Virus record (IMG/VR): IMGVR_UViG_2811995368_000001
Span: 11,894-75,893 of that record
DNA from: a virus
Taxonomy: Duplodnaviria > Caudoviricetes
DNA: 64,000 bases
Strand: one strand, 5' to 3'
Each line of letters begins with the position of its first letter. Position 1 is the first letter of the stretch. Below the pieces are notes generated by a model. It searched no databases. It was given only the letters and a program-made list of their open reading frames with translations, and was not told the origin of the DNA. The position numbers were made by a program, and so were the translations under genes. This document shows positions 35,442 to 46,700 of the stretch, one piece after another.

Positions 35442-38400
35442 ATGACCAGTACGCCTCTGCACCTCATCGAGAGCGCGGCCCACGAGGGCGCTTTCGGCCA
35501 GAACCTGACGCCCGAACCGTCGGCGGCCCAGTGCCGCGCTGGCAACTACAAGATGGGGCGGGTGGGCCTGCACGGGCTGAACCTTGTGATCGAGCAGCCG
35601 CGCGGGAGCACGCGCTCCGGCGTGGATGAAGCGACCGGCAAGGCATGGTCTAGCCGCATGGCGGCGCATTACGGGTACATCGGCGGCACGACCGGCGCGG
35701 ACGGCGATGGCGTGGATTGCTTCATCGGCCCCTACCCGGACGCCGAGCGGGCCTACGTCATCAACCAGAACGTCGGCGGGCAGTTCGACGAGCACAAGGT
35801 AATGCTCGCCTTCCCTGACCTGGCATCGGCGCGCAGCGCCTACTTGAACAGCTACGAACGCGGCTGGAACGGGCTGGAAAGCATCGTCCCGGCTTCTCTT
35901 TCTCAACTCAAGTGGTGGCTGACACACGGCGACCTGAAGCGCCCGCTACGGGCCGACACCCTACCCAAGGAAGGACTTGAAACCATGAAGAAAACTCACT
36001 GGAACACCGACGCGCAGCCCTACAACACCACTTTGGCCCAGGTGCTGTACGACATCCGGCGCTCCGACAGTGGCGAGGGCCTTCTTCTGGATGCCGTTAC
36101 CGCCCAGGAAATCATCGACGACGCCGAGGGCGCGCTGGCCTTCGACGCGCTGGTGACGCCCTATGCCAAGCTGGAACGCCGGATGGAACTGCTGCGCGGC
36201 ATCATGGAGCGCACCGGCGACAAGGTGAAGCCCGTCGCCCTGCAAATCACCGACCCGTTCAAGCAGCGCGGCGTCGCCAATGTGGCCGCCATCTTCGAGC
36301 TGTCCGACGGCCAGACCGTGACCATTTTCTTCCACAACCCCGACGTGACGCCGAACAAGATGGCGCCGGCGGACGAGGTTATCTCGTGGAAGTGGTTGCT
36401 GAACAAGAAGGACATCACCATCGTCGTCGCGCCGGAGCGCGGCGCCGACCTGAACATCCGCGAGGTGGCGCGCCGCATCATGCGCCTGGCCGAGAAGAAC
36501 AGCGAGGCGTTCCAGCGCGTGAATGCCACGCGCGCGACGCGGATGCAGAACATCCAGTCCCTGAAGGACGAGATCGCCGGACTGGAAAACGAGCTGGCGA
36601 CCGCCCAGCATGAACTCGAAGTGGCGAAGGTGGCTGCCGAAGGCAAGCCGGAATTCGACCCGACCACGCCCGAAGGCTACGCCAAGGTGCGCGGCGACGA
36701 AGCCCTGCAACTCTACTGGCAAGACCGTCTCGACGCCTTCTTCCAGGGCCGCATTGTTGCCGTCCGCAACTCCCTGCGTGTTCTGGGCTGGGAAGGCCGC
36801 GAGCCGAACGACACCCGCCTCTACAAGGAAGACGCCGAGGTGCAGCCGACCTTTACGCACGTCGGCGCAGGCCGCAACGTCGCCGGCTGGGCCATGAACG
36901 GCATCGACGACGACCTGACCAAAACCCCGGAAGAGTACGCCGCCCAAGTGGATGCGGCGGCGATGGCCGAGGTTGCGCGCCGCGCGCAAGCCGCGAAGGG
37001 TGCGCAGCAGAAGACCGACATCACCTATCGCAACAGCGCCGACGGCCTCTTCACGTCGTTCTTCCCGAATACGCCGGAAGGCGAAAAGGCGTGGAACATC
37101 ATCAATGCCACGCCGGGCGCCGAGGGCGGCAAGGTGCTGGCTGCCCATGCCGAGCCGACCATTGCGCAACTGCGCGAGGCCGGCTACACCGTGGCCGATG
37201 ACACCAGCGCGCCGATGACGCCCGAAGAGGAAGCAGCCCTGCTGAAGGAGCTTGGCGGGGATGCGGCCGCCGCCCAGCCGAAGAAGTCGGCTCCGTGGTG
37301 GGAAGGTTCCGTGGGCGAGAAGTACGCTGCCGTGTATCTGCTGGGAAAATCTCGCGGCAACGACTATCTGACCATGACCGAACAGGGCGGGGCCTACTTG
37401 GCGCACGTCAAGGACGGCAATCTTGGCCGTGAGAAGGTGGGCACTCCCGCCGACATCGTGGAATGGTTGCGTGCCGATGTATTTGTCGGGATGGGCGACG
37501 CCTTCGCCGGAAAGTCGCTGACCGTGGATGATGTGCGCGCAAAACTCAAGCTGGTCAAGGGTGAAGACATCCTGTTCAGCAATGCCGCCAAGCAACCTGC
37601 CGAACAGGAGCTGATCGCCGCCTATTCCCGTTCCTTCAGCGAGGCTGCTGCCGTGCTCAATGCTGCCGTGGCGGCGGTGAACTGGGACGGCATCACCGAT
37701 ACCGCCACCATGCGCGCGGAACTCGATAAGCTGAACGTCGCCTCGCGCACCGGCCAGCACGACATCATCGGCAAGGCTTCCAGTGCCCTCGAAGCCATCG
37801 GCATCAAGACGTGGGACGAGCGCCTTTCCAGCCTGCGCGGCGAGGCCGGATTCATCGCGTGGCGCGACGCGCTGGACGCCTCGCGCGCGGCCTTCGACAA
37901 GATTCAGGCCGTCGCCAAGGAACGCCTGATCGCCAAGGGCACGGCGGAAGTCGCTGCGCTGACCGCCGAAAGCCCGCTCGCCGACGTGGCCGCCGCTATC
38001 TTCCACAAGGCGGGCATCGACACCGGCACCCAGACCCCGCAAATCGTCGCCGCCATCGAGGCCAAGGACGCCGCGCTGGCGTGGAGCATCCTGCGCAACC
38101 TCGACAACAAGGCCAGTGCGGAGATTTTCGAGCGCGCCACCGGCGTCAAGCTGGCGAAGACCCAGCGCGACCGCCGCCCGCAGATCGACGCCTGGGCCGG
38201 TATCACGCCGGAACAGCGCGCGGAACTCGAAGCGCAGCGCACCGAAGCGCAGGCCGCCAAGGAACGCGACGAAAACCTGAAGCGCGCCTGGAACGGGCTG
38301 ACCTCCATCAGCGTGCGCGCCAGCGACGGCAACGTGAGCAACGGCCAGGACTTCCTGAAGTCGCTCTTCGCCAAGGGATTCGACGAAGTGGTGGTGCGCA

Positions 38401-40784
38401 AGCGCGGTGCCGTGCCCACGTACTACATGCGCAACGCCGAAAGCCAAATCACCGGCGTCAAGAGCAAGAACTTTAACGGCTTCTTGAAGGCTGCTCTGAC
38501 CCTTGGCGGCCTGCGCCAGGCACTGGAATCCCTGGGCGTGATCGAGGTGCAGGCCGAGAAGACTGACGCCGAGAAAATCGCCGCCGTCGATGACGCCTAC
38601 CGCTTCACCAGTGCCACCGACGAATTCAAGCTATGGCTGGCTGAATCCGTGCTCAAGGACGACTATTCGCCCTTCCTGACCGCGAAGGGCATGGACGAGG
38701 CCGCCAAGCGCCACGGCGCTGAAATCGAGTGGGGCGAGTTCGCCGGCGCCGCGATGGATTCTGTCCATACCATCGCCGGTGAGCAATTTGACGGCGGCGA
38801 GTTCGACACGCTGCGCGCCATGAAGGAGAACCCCAAGATCGAGGACGGCGACGTGCCGTCCAAGGCGTCCCGCGATTCGCTGGTGGAGCGCGGCTACGTC
38901 GAACGCCGTGACGGCTACAACTGGCTGACGAACAAGGGCCGGGATCTTGTCGCGGCTCTCGACGACGTGGGCCATGCCGTCGCTACCCTGCAACAGGCGC
39001 TGGACGTGGCCCAGACCAATGAACCCATCAACCGTGCCGAGGGCAACACCGAGCAAGCCGACCTCGAAGCCGAGGTGGCGGCCAGTATCAAGGAAGCCAT
39101 CGCCATCCTGACCGAGGGCGACTACGAGCCGGACGAAGCCGAAACCGGCATCACGTTCGACGTGGAAACGGCCCTGGACAGTGCCGCCGCTTTCGAGGCC
39201 GAAACCGAGGCGCGCGGCGTGGCTGCCACCAAGGCCCTGCTCAACGGCTTCAGCGCCTTCTTGGCATCGGATGCGAAGTTCTCCCCGCTGCTGGACAGCG
39301 TGCGCGAGATTGCCACCTTCGACAGCGCGCTCACGCCGCTGCGCTCCATGATGTCCTGCCGCGCCTCGCTTTCCGGCGTGGAAATGACGCAGGATGAAGC
39401 GGAGCGCATGGATGCCTTCGCCAACGATGCTCGCGCCATCAGCGACCGCCTGACCGGGCGCGCCGGCGCGAACCCCGAGAAAAATCCTGCGCTGGATGGT
39501 GTGGATGACGACGGCTACGTGGGCAAGGTCAAGAAGGGCGACCAGGTGCTGGGCCGCATCGACATCGGCGACGACGGCAAGGCGATGGTGTATGTCGGCG
39601 AAGCCGGCGACGAGCGCGTGAAGGGTAGCGAAGGCCGCCCGTTCATGTATTCCGAGGATGACGCCCCGGAAATGGTGGAAGCCCTGTTCGCCGCCGAGGA
39701 ATCGCCCGCTGCGCAATCTGCCGCCTTCGTCGGCCCGGCGAAAGACCGCATGGCCGCGCTCAAGGTGCTGACCGATACCGGCATGAACCGCTGGATGTCG
39801 GAGTCCCAAAACAAGGCCGTCATCGCCGGATTGATGGGCGAGGAATGGCAGTTCTTCGCGGACAAGATGAAGGAGTTGGCCGGCGTCATCGCCACCATGC
39901 CGAAGACCTACGACCAGGACGGCAAGGGGGATGAGGCCGTAGCGCACCTGCACTACTTCCGTGGCGCTGGCGACTGGTACATCACCGAGAAGGACATGGA
40001 AGGTCACGGCACCGAGCAAGCCTTCGGCCTGGCCGACCTGTACGGCGACGGCGGCGAGCTGGGCTACATCAGCATCATCGAACTTGCGGAGGCCGGCGTG
40101 GAACTGGACTTTCACTTCAAGCCCAAGACCATCGGGCAAATCCGTGGCGGCGCGTCCGGCGCCAGCGAAGAGCAACAGCAGGAACCCGGCGGCGGCAACC
40201 CGGATGCGACGCCTGCTGCTGCCGCGCCGGCCAGCGAGGCCGACCAATCCCTGCGCGCCTTCGCTGCCGCCACCAACAGCGAACTCTACGACCCGGACTA
40301 CAGCGGCGGCCAGTGGATGATCGAAGCGGTGGAGACGCAGGAAACCATCGCCGACTTCGTGGCCGCATCCGCCAGCTACCAGGAAGCGACCGCGCCCAAG
40401 TTCGGCCAGATCGCCGGTTTCAAGTTCGTTGCCTTCTCGAAGGTGCAGGCGCGCAAGGGCGACCAGCGCCGCGAGCTGTCCGTTATCGACTTCGGCTTCG
40501 CGCGCTTTGCCCTCAATGCCGACCTGACCAACTTCGACTACCAGGCGTGGGACGGCACCTATCCCGACCAGACGGCAGCGGCAGACCAGAAGACGGTTGA
40601 TCGCGCCCTGTTCCAGTCCGTCATCGACGGCACCGCTCCCGACATCCTCGCGCCCGACCTGGCTGATTCCCTGGAAGCCGCTTTCAATCGCAACCAGGGC
40701 GACCCGGACATGGTGAATCTGTTTGAACTGGCCGTCGGCGCTTACCAGAACGCCATGCTGGCCGCCACCGCGAACCTCTCCTGA
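35442..40784 (+). CDS. Large polyvalent DarA-like head protein (pyrophosphatase-like N-domain + DarA-N + DUF2958-like domain)
   Basis: GNYKMG...HYGYI.GT.GADGDGVD...FDEHKVML; FELSDGQTVTIFFHNPD...WLLNKKDIT; LHYF...DWYITE...AFGLADL...ELGYIS. Confidence 0.75.
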   Translation: MTSTPLHLIESAAHEGAFGQNLTPEPSAAQCRAGNYKMGRVGLHGLNLVIEQPRGSTRSGVDEATGKAWSSRMAAHYGYIGGTTGADGDGVDCFIGPYPDAERAYVINQNVGGQFDEHKVMLAFPDLASARSAYLNSYERGWNGLESIVPASLSQLKWWLTHGDLKRPLRADTLPKEGLETMKKTHWNTDAQPYNTTLAQVLYDIRRSDSGEGLLLDAVTAQEIIDDAEGALAFDALVTPYAKLERRMELLRGIMERTGDKVKPVALQITDPFKQRGVANVAAIFELSDGQTVTIFFHNPDVTPNKMAPADEVISWKWLLNKKDITIVVAPERGADLNIREVARRIMRLAEKNSEAFQRVNATRATRMQNIQSLKDEIAGLENELATAQHELEVAKVAAEGKPEFDPTTPEGYAKVRGDEALQLYWQDRLDAFFQGRIVAVRNSLRVLGWEGREPNDTRLYKEDAEVQPTFTHVGAGRNVAGWAMNGIDDDLTKTPEEYAAQVDAAAMAEVARRAQAAKGAQQKTDITYRNSADGLFTSFFPNTPEGEKAWNIINATPGAEGGKVLAAHAEPTIAQLREAGYTVADDTSAPMTPEEEAALLKELGGDAAAAQPKKSAPWWEGSVGEKYAAVYLLGKSRGNDYLTMTEQGGAYLAHVKDGNLGREKVGTPADIVEWLRADVFVGMGDAFAGKSLTVDDVRAKLKLVKGEDILFSNAAKQPAEQELIAAYSRSFSEAAAVLNAAVAAVNWDGITDTATMRAELDKLNVASRTGQHDIIGKASSALEAIGIKTWDERLSSLRGEAGFIAWRDALDASRAAFDKIQAVAKERLIAKGTAEVAALTAESPLADVAAAIFHKAGIDTGTQTPQIVAAIEAKDAALAWSILRNLDNKASAEIFERATGVKLAKTQRDRRPQIDAWAGITPEQRAELEAQRTEAQAAKERDENLKRAWNGLTSISVRASDGNVSNGQDFLKSLFAKGFDEVVVRKRGAVPTYYMRNAESQITGVKSKNFNGFLKAALTLGGLRQALESLGVIEVQAEKTDAEKIAAVDDAYRFTSATDEFKLWLAESVLKDDYSPFLTAKGMDEAAKRHGAEIEWGEFAGAAMDSVHTIAGEQFDGGEFDTLRAMKENPKIEDGDVPSKASRDSLVERGYVERRDGYNWLTNKGRDLVAALDDVGHAVATLQQALDVAQTNEPINRAEGNTEQADLEAEVAASIKEAIAILTEGDYEPDEAETGITFDVETALDSAAAFEAETEARGVAATKALLNGFSAFLASDAKFSPLLDSVREIATFDSALTPLRSMMSCRASLSGVEMTQDEAERMDAFANDARAISDRLTGRAGANPEKNPALDGVDDDGYVGKVKKGDQVLGRIDIGDDGKAMVYVGEAGDERVKGSEGRPFMYSEDDAPEMVEALFAAEESPAAQSAAFVGPAKDRMAALKVLTDTGMNRWMSESQNKAVIAGLMGEEWQFFADKMKELAGVIATMPKTYDQDGKGDEAVAHLHYFRGAGDWYITEKDMEGHGTEQAFGLADLYGDGGELGYISIIELAEAGVELDFHFKPKTIGQIRGGASGASEEQQQEPGGGNPDATPAAAAPASEADQSLRAFAAATNSELYDPDYSGGQWMIEAVETQETIADFVAASASYQEATAPKFGQIAGFKFVAFSKVQARKGDQRRELSVIDFGFARFALNADLTNFDYQAWDGTYPDQTAAADQKTVDRALFQSVIDGTAPDILAPDLADSLEAAFNRNQGDPDMVNLFELAVGAYQNAMLAATANLS

Positions 40785-40797
40785 AGGGAAGAAAGAC

Positions 40798-43700
40798 ATG
40801 CTGAACCGTATCGCCTTCGATAGCGCCGTGGGAAGCGGCGGCGTGCTGGCACGGCTGAAACTGGTGGGCGAACTGGCCCGCGTCAAGGCGGAACTGAAGG
40901 GGGCAAACGGTGCGCTCGCGCGCCTGAAGCTGTCCGCGCGCGCGAACCAGATCCGCGCCGAGCTGGGGGCAATGCAAACGGCCACGGGGGGCGCCGCCGA
41001 AGGTGAGCAGCCCGCCGCGCCGGATGCCACCGCTGGCGATGATGCTCCGTCCGCACCGCGCAACCAGACGGCCCAGTATTACGAGTTCGACCCGAACCGC
41101 AAGCCCGCCCAGCGCAAGAAGGACAACACCGAGGCGATGGCTCTGCTTCGTCGCATCGACGCTGGCGAGGTGGATTCGGCGCGCCTGACGCCGGAAGAAA
41201 AGCTGGCGCTGGCGAAGTATTCCGGCACGGGCGGCGCGCTCATCGGCGCCGACGGCAAGAAGGGCAGCGCCTACGAGTATTACACCCCCAAGCCCATCGC
41301 CGAGGGCGTCTGGGAGTTGATGGGCGAGCTGGGCTTCTCCGGCGGCAAGGTGCTCGACCCGTGCGCCGGTGTTGGCGTCTTCGGTGCGACCGCACCCCTG
41401 TCCGCCGCCATCGACGCGGTGGAGCTGAACGAAACGTCGGGCCGCATCAACGGCCTGGTCAATGCCGGCCCTGGCTACACCGCAACGGTTTCCCCGTTCG
41501 AGAAGGTGGCCGCCGCAACCCCGGACGAGCAATACGACGCTGTGGTGACGAACGTCCCGTTCGGCGGCGTAGCCGACCGTGGCGGGAATCAACTGCTGGA
41601 CAGCCGCTACCAGAAGGAACCGCTGCAAAATTACTTCATCCTGCGCTCGCTCGAAAAGCTGAAGCCGGGCGGCCTGGCCGTGTTCATCACGCCGCCGCGC
41701 TGCGTCTCCGGCAAGGGCGGAAAGGAAGAAGAGCTGCGCGTGAAGGCCAGCTACGTCGCCGAATTCCTGGGCGCCTACCGGCTCCCCAATTCCGTGTTTG
41801 GAACGGCCAGCGCGGACACCATGACGGACGTGATCGCGTTCCGCAAATACAGCCGCGACACCCTGGACAAAATCGCCGAACTGCGCGAGCAGTCGCCCAA
41901 GGTGCTGATCGAGGCGAACGTGCAATGGCAGCCCTTCATCGACGGGCGCTACTTCGACGGCGAGGGCAAGCGGTTCGTGCTGGGCGAGTTCGTGCCCAAA
42001 GACCCGACCAAGTTCCGCGACGTAGATCGCGTCATCACCAAGGCCCCCATCGGTGAAATCGGGCGGATGCTCAAACGCTTCCCTGATTCCCGTGTGAATT
42101 GGGACATGCTGGGCGCGTCCGAAACCACGCCCATCATCTACCGCGACGGCGACACCATCACCCAGGCCGGGCAGACCCTGCAAATGCAGGATGGCCGCTG
42201 GGTGCCGCTGGCGCGTGGTGAGGACAGCGCAAGCATGGCCGACCTCGTGGGCAAGATGAAAGACCCCTACGCCGCCTTCGAGGCCGGCGCCACCTGGCCG
42301 GATGCTGAAAAGTGCGTCGATTACATGGTGGAAACCTCGCAGTCGCTGGACATTCCGGACTGGCTGCGCGGAGCGATGGCCGAAATTCGCCGCCTGAAGG
42401 CCGCCGACCAGCGCGCCCAGTTCTGGAACGCTGGCATCGTCGGCATGGCCGCCGCGCAGGTGCTGCAAGAGCGCCTTGGCGAGGAAACCGGCGTCAATTT
42501 CCTGGCCGAATATCCTGCCCTGTCCGACGCCATGCAGCGCGTCGCCGGCGTCGCCAAGAAGCGCCCGTCGGCGCTGGGCGGCAAGCTGCGCGACGGCTTG
42601 CTGACCATCGGCAACCACTACCAGAAGAAGACCGGATTTTCGGCGGTCTGGCGCGGCGACGTGCAGCAGCAGGCCCCGAGCGTCGAATCCACGGCGGATT
42701 CCACCTTCGAGGGCTTGCGCTACAAGACGAAATCCATCTGGGCGAGCCTGGAAGACACCAGGGCCATCTACGGCGAAGGATTCGACCCGCACGCGGATCC
42801 CGCGTGGTGCCTGTCGCCCGACGGAAAGAGCGTCACGCGCGCGGACGACTACTACGTGGGCAACTACGCCGAGTTCTTGGCGCGCGTGGATGCCGACATC
42901 GCCGGCGCGGCCAGCGACGACATCCGAGCCAAGCTGCTGCGCCAGAAGATGGACGCCGCCGCCCGCATCGACAAGGTGGATGTGTCGAAGCTGACCTTCA
43001 ACCTGTTCAGCCCGCACGTCTCCCTGGAAGAGAAGGCCGACTTCCTGCGCCGTTTCGTCCATCCGTCTGCCGCTGTCATCTACGACGAGCGCACGGGCGA
43101 GAAGCGCGTGGACATCGACGTGCCCGGAAGCAACCTGACCGACCGCGAAAAGCTGCTGAACCGCATCGGCGACTACCTGAAGAACGGCACGATCACCCTG
43201 GGCGGCGTCAAGCTGGGGATGGACGATGCCAAGGCCCTGCATGAGCTGCGCCGGATGGTGAATACTGCCAACGAGCAGTTCAACGGCTGGGTGCGCGGCA
43301 ACCGCGCCATCGTGGCGCGTCTGGAAGCCATCGCATCCGACCCGGCGAAGCTGCGTTTCCGCCAGGTGGAGGACGAGGCGCCGATGCCGATTCCCGGCAT
43401 GAACCCCGACCTCACCCTGCACGGCTACCAGAACGCCTACGTGCGCAAGACCAGCCGCGAGTTCGGCGGCATCAACGGCTTCGGCGTGGGTCTGGGCAAG
43501 ACCTTCACGGCGCTGGCGGCCACCCAGTACGCCCAGAGCATCGGCGTCAAGTCGAAAACCGCCTTCGTGGTGCCCAACTCCGTGCTGTCCAACTGGCGCA
43601 AGGAGGCCGCGCGCGCCTACGCCAACACCGACGACTGCCTGTTCATCGGCCTGCGCGTCGGAAAGGACGGCAAGGCAACCGTGAGTTCGTCGAATTTCGA

Positions 43701-46700
43701 CACCGACCTGACGGCGGTCATGGAAAACCGCCATAGCAAGATTTTTATGACGCTCGAAGCCTTCGAGCGCATCCGCCTGCGCGACGACACCATCAGCGCC
43801 TACGAGGGCTTCATGCGCCAGGCTGACGCCAGCTTCGCCGAGAGCATGGACAAGAAGGAGGACGAGCGCGCCAAGGGCAAGCAAGCCGGGCTGCTGTCTG
43901 TGCTGTCCGACAAGCGCGGCGGCGCGCCGTACCTGGAAGACATGGGAATCGACAGCCTTGTTTTCGACGAGGCCCACGTCTTCAAGAACTCCGCCCAGAC
44001 GGTGGACTTCAAGGGCGCCAAGTTCCTTTCCCTGTCGCCGGCTTCCCGGCGCGGCATCGACGCCCAGGCCAAGGCTTGGTTCATCCGTGGGAAGTCCGAA
44101 CGTAAGGACGGCGTGCTGATGCTGACGGCCACGCCGATCACGAATAGCCCGCTGGAAATGTACGCGATGCTGTCTCTGGCCGCCGGCCATGAGCGCGTCA
44201 ATGATATGTGCCTGGGCATCCGGGGCGCCGACAACTTCATGGAAATGATGTGCGCCAAGGAGAACCAGGACGACGTGACGATGGACGGTGTGGCGCGCAC
44301 CACGGACGTGTTCGTGGGCCTGAACAACGTGGGCGTGCTGCGCAAGGCCATCGGCGAGGTGGCGACCATCAAGAGCGCCGAGGACGTGGGCGAGCAAATC
44401 GTGGTTCCCGACCGCGAAGAGAAGGCCACGCCGGTGACGCTTCCGCCTGAAATCGTGGATCGCCTGAAGCTCTACAAGGGCGCGTTCCGCTGGGCAATCG
44501 ACCTCATTTCCGAGAAGTCGCCGAACCGTGGCGACCAGGCCGCCTACGACGAGGTGGCGGAGCACTTCGGCGAGGAATTGAACCTCATCGGGCACCCATT
44601 CAACCTCATCAACAAGATGACGCTGCTGATCGCGGATCCCGAACTCGACCAGCGCGCTACCTTCTACAGCTTCATCCCGACCCAGGCCGCCAAGGCCAAG
44701 GACGCCATCGCGCAATTCAACGGCAAGAAGTTCATCGAGGAACGCCCCCGGCCAGGCCCCATGACTGACGAGAAGGCCATCGTCGGGCATCGCACCATCA
44801 AGGACACCGCCGGCGCCGAAACCGAACTGCTGAAAGTGCAGGTGCAGGCCAAGGTCATCGACGGAAACCGCGTGGTGATTGACACCATCGACCCGGACAC
44901 GCAGAGCGCCTTCGAGGCCATTGCCGAAAAGCTTGGCCTTGACCTGGATGTTTCCGTGCCGCCGAAACTGGCCGCGATGCTCGAAAACTTCCAGCACGAG
45001 CAGGCCAGCCCGCGCGGCATTGACGAGAACGGCGCCGCCACGTCCATCGTGAAGCAGATCGTCTTCTGCGACATCCTGCCCCTGCACAACAAAATCAAGC
45101 GGCTGCTGACCCGCCGGGCCGGCATCCCGTCCGGCGCCATCGCCGTTATCACGGGCCGCACGAACAACTCGCCCGACGAGATTCTTGCGGTGCAGGACGG
45201 CTTCAACGCCGCCGGCGAGGACAACAAGTACCAGACCGTGATCGCCAACGAGAAGGCCGAGGTGGGCATCAACCTTCAGAAGGGCACGCAGGCCATCCAT
45301 CACCTGACCATCGGCTGGACGCCTGACAGCCTGGAACAGCGCAACGGGCGCGGCGTGCGCCAGGGCAACCAGACCGCGCGCGTGAGCCTCTACTACTACG
45401 ATGCCGACGGCACCTTCGACACCAGTAAGCGTTCGATGGTGAACAAGAAAGCGGACTGGATCGGCCAGGTCATGGATGTGAATGGCTCCGGCAGCGTGGC
45501 CGTGACCGGCGGCCTGTCCAAGGAGCAAATGGAAGCCCTGATCGACGTGGTGGGCGACGCCGACGCCATGCGCCGGATGCAGGAAACCATCGCGGTCAAG
45601 GAAGCCCAGTCTCGCGCGGCCAACAACCGCGACCGCCAGATGATTAATCTGGACACCATCCGCAAGCAAAACGCCTTCCTGAACGACAACAAGAGCGCGG
45701 ACAGCTTCATCATCCGCAAGGTCATCGGACTGTGGAAGCTGGAACGGCAGGCCGCCAACCTGCGCGACCGCATCAGCAACCCGAAGGCCACGGCTACCGC
45801 CGTCGCCAAGAATGAAAGCCTGCTGGCCGAGCTGACCGCGAGCATGGGCGGCCTGCGCCGGCAGATCGAGGAATCGGCGACCCTGTTCCGCACCGAGTGG
45901 CGCGCCGGCGGCCAGGTGAAGGAGCGGGCCACGCTGGACGCCTTCTTCGCCGCGCTGCGCAACAACCCGAGGAAGCAGAAGGACGACGACATCGAATCCA
46001 TGCTGATGGGGCGCGCCTATCCGGCGTTCGCCATCGAGGCCATCGAGGGCGGCCCCATCACCAATGAATGGCAGGCCGAAGTCGATATGGCGCAGTCCAT
46101 GATCGACGAATCCAAGGCCAACTTCGCGCGCCAGGCTGACGAGGCGGGCGGCTATCCTGCGGGCGTGGCGGACGACATCGCCGCCGGCAACGGCATCATC
46201 TACAACGGCAAGCCGCTGGTGGATGGAACCTTCGTGCGCCTGAAGGGCGGACTGGCCGTGCTGTCCCTGGTCAAGGGTGTTCCGCGCGCCTTTGGCCGGA
46301 TGCTCAACGGCCAGCCGATGGCGGCCAACACCCAGGACGTGCTCGCGGGCGAATGGGTCTATCGCGGCACCGCCGACTACGATTCCTGCATCACCGATGC
46401 CGCCCAGATCGAGGACAAGGTGAATGGCGGCGGCACCATCGAAAACGGCTTCAATGAGGTGGTGCCCGAAGTGGCGCAGCGCCGCAAGACCGAGGCGCTG
46501 GTGGCGTATGCCACGCATTCGTACATGCTGCCGCAGCCGTTTTTCCCCTACGTCATCCCCCCGCGCGATGCCAGCAAGACCCCGGTCATGCAGCGCATCT
46601 TTGACAGCCAAAAGGCCATCATCAGGTCGTTCGATGAGGCTGGAAATTTCGTGGTGCCCAGCGATGCAGCGGTGGAGCGCATCGGCGGCGGAGCCTATGG

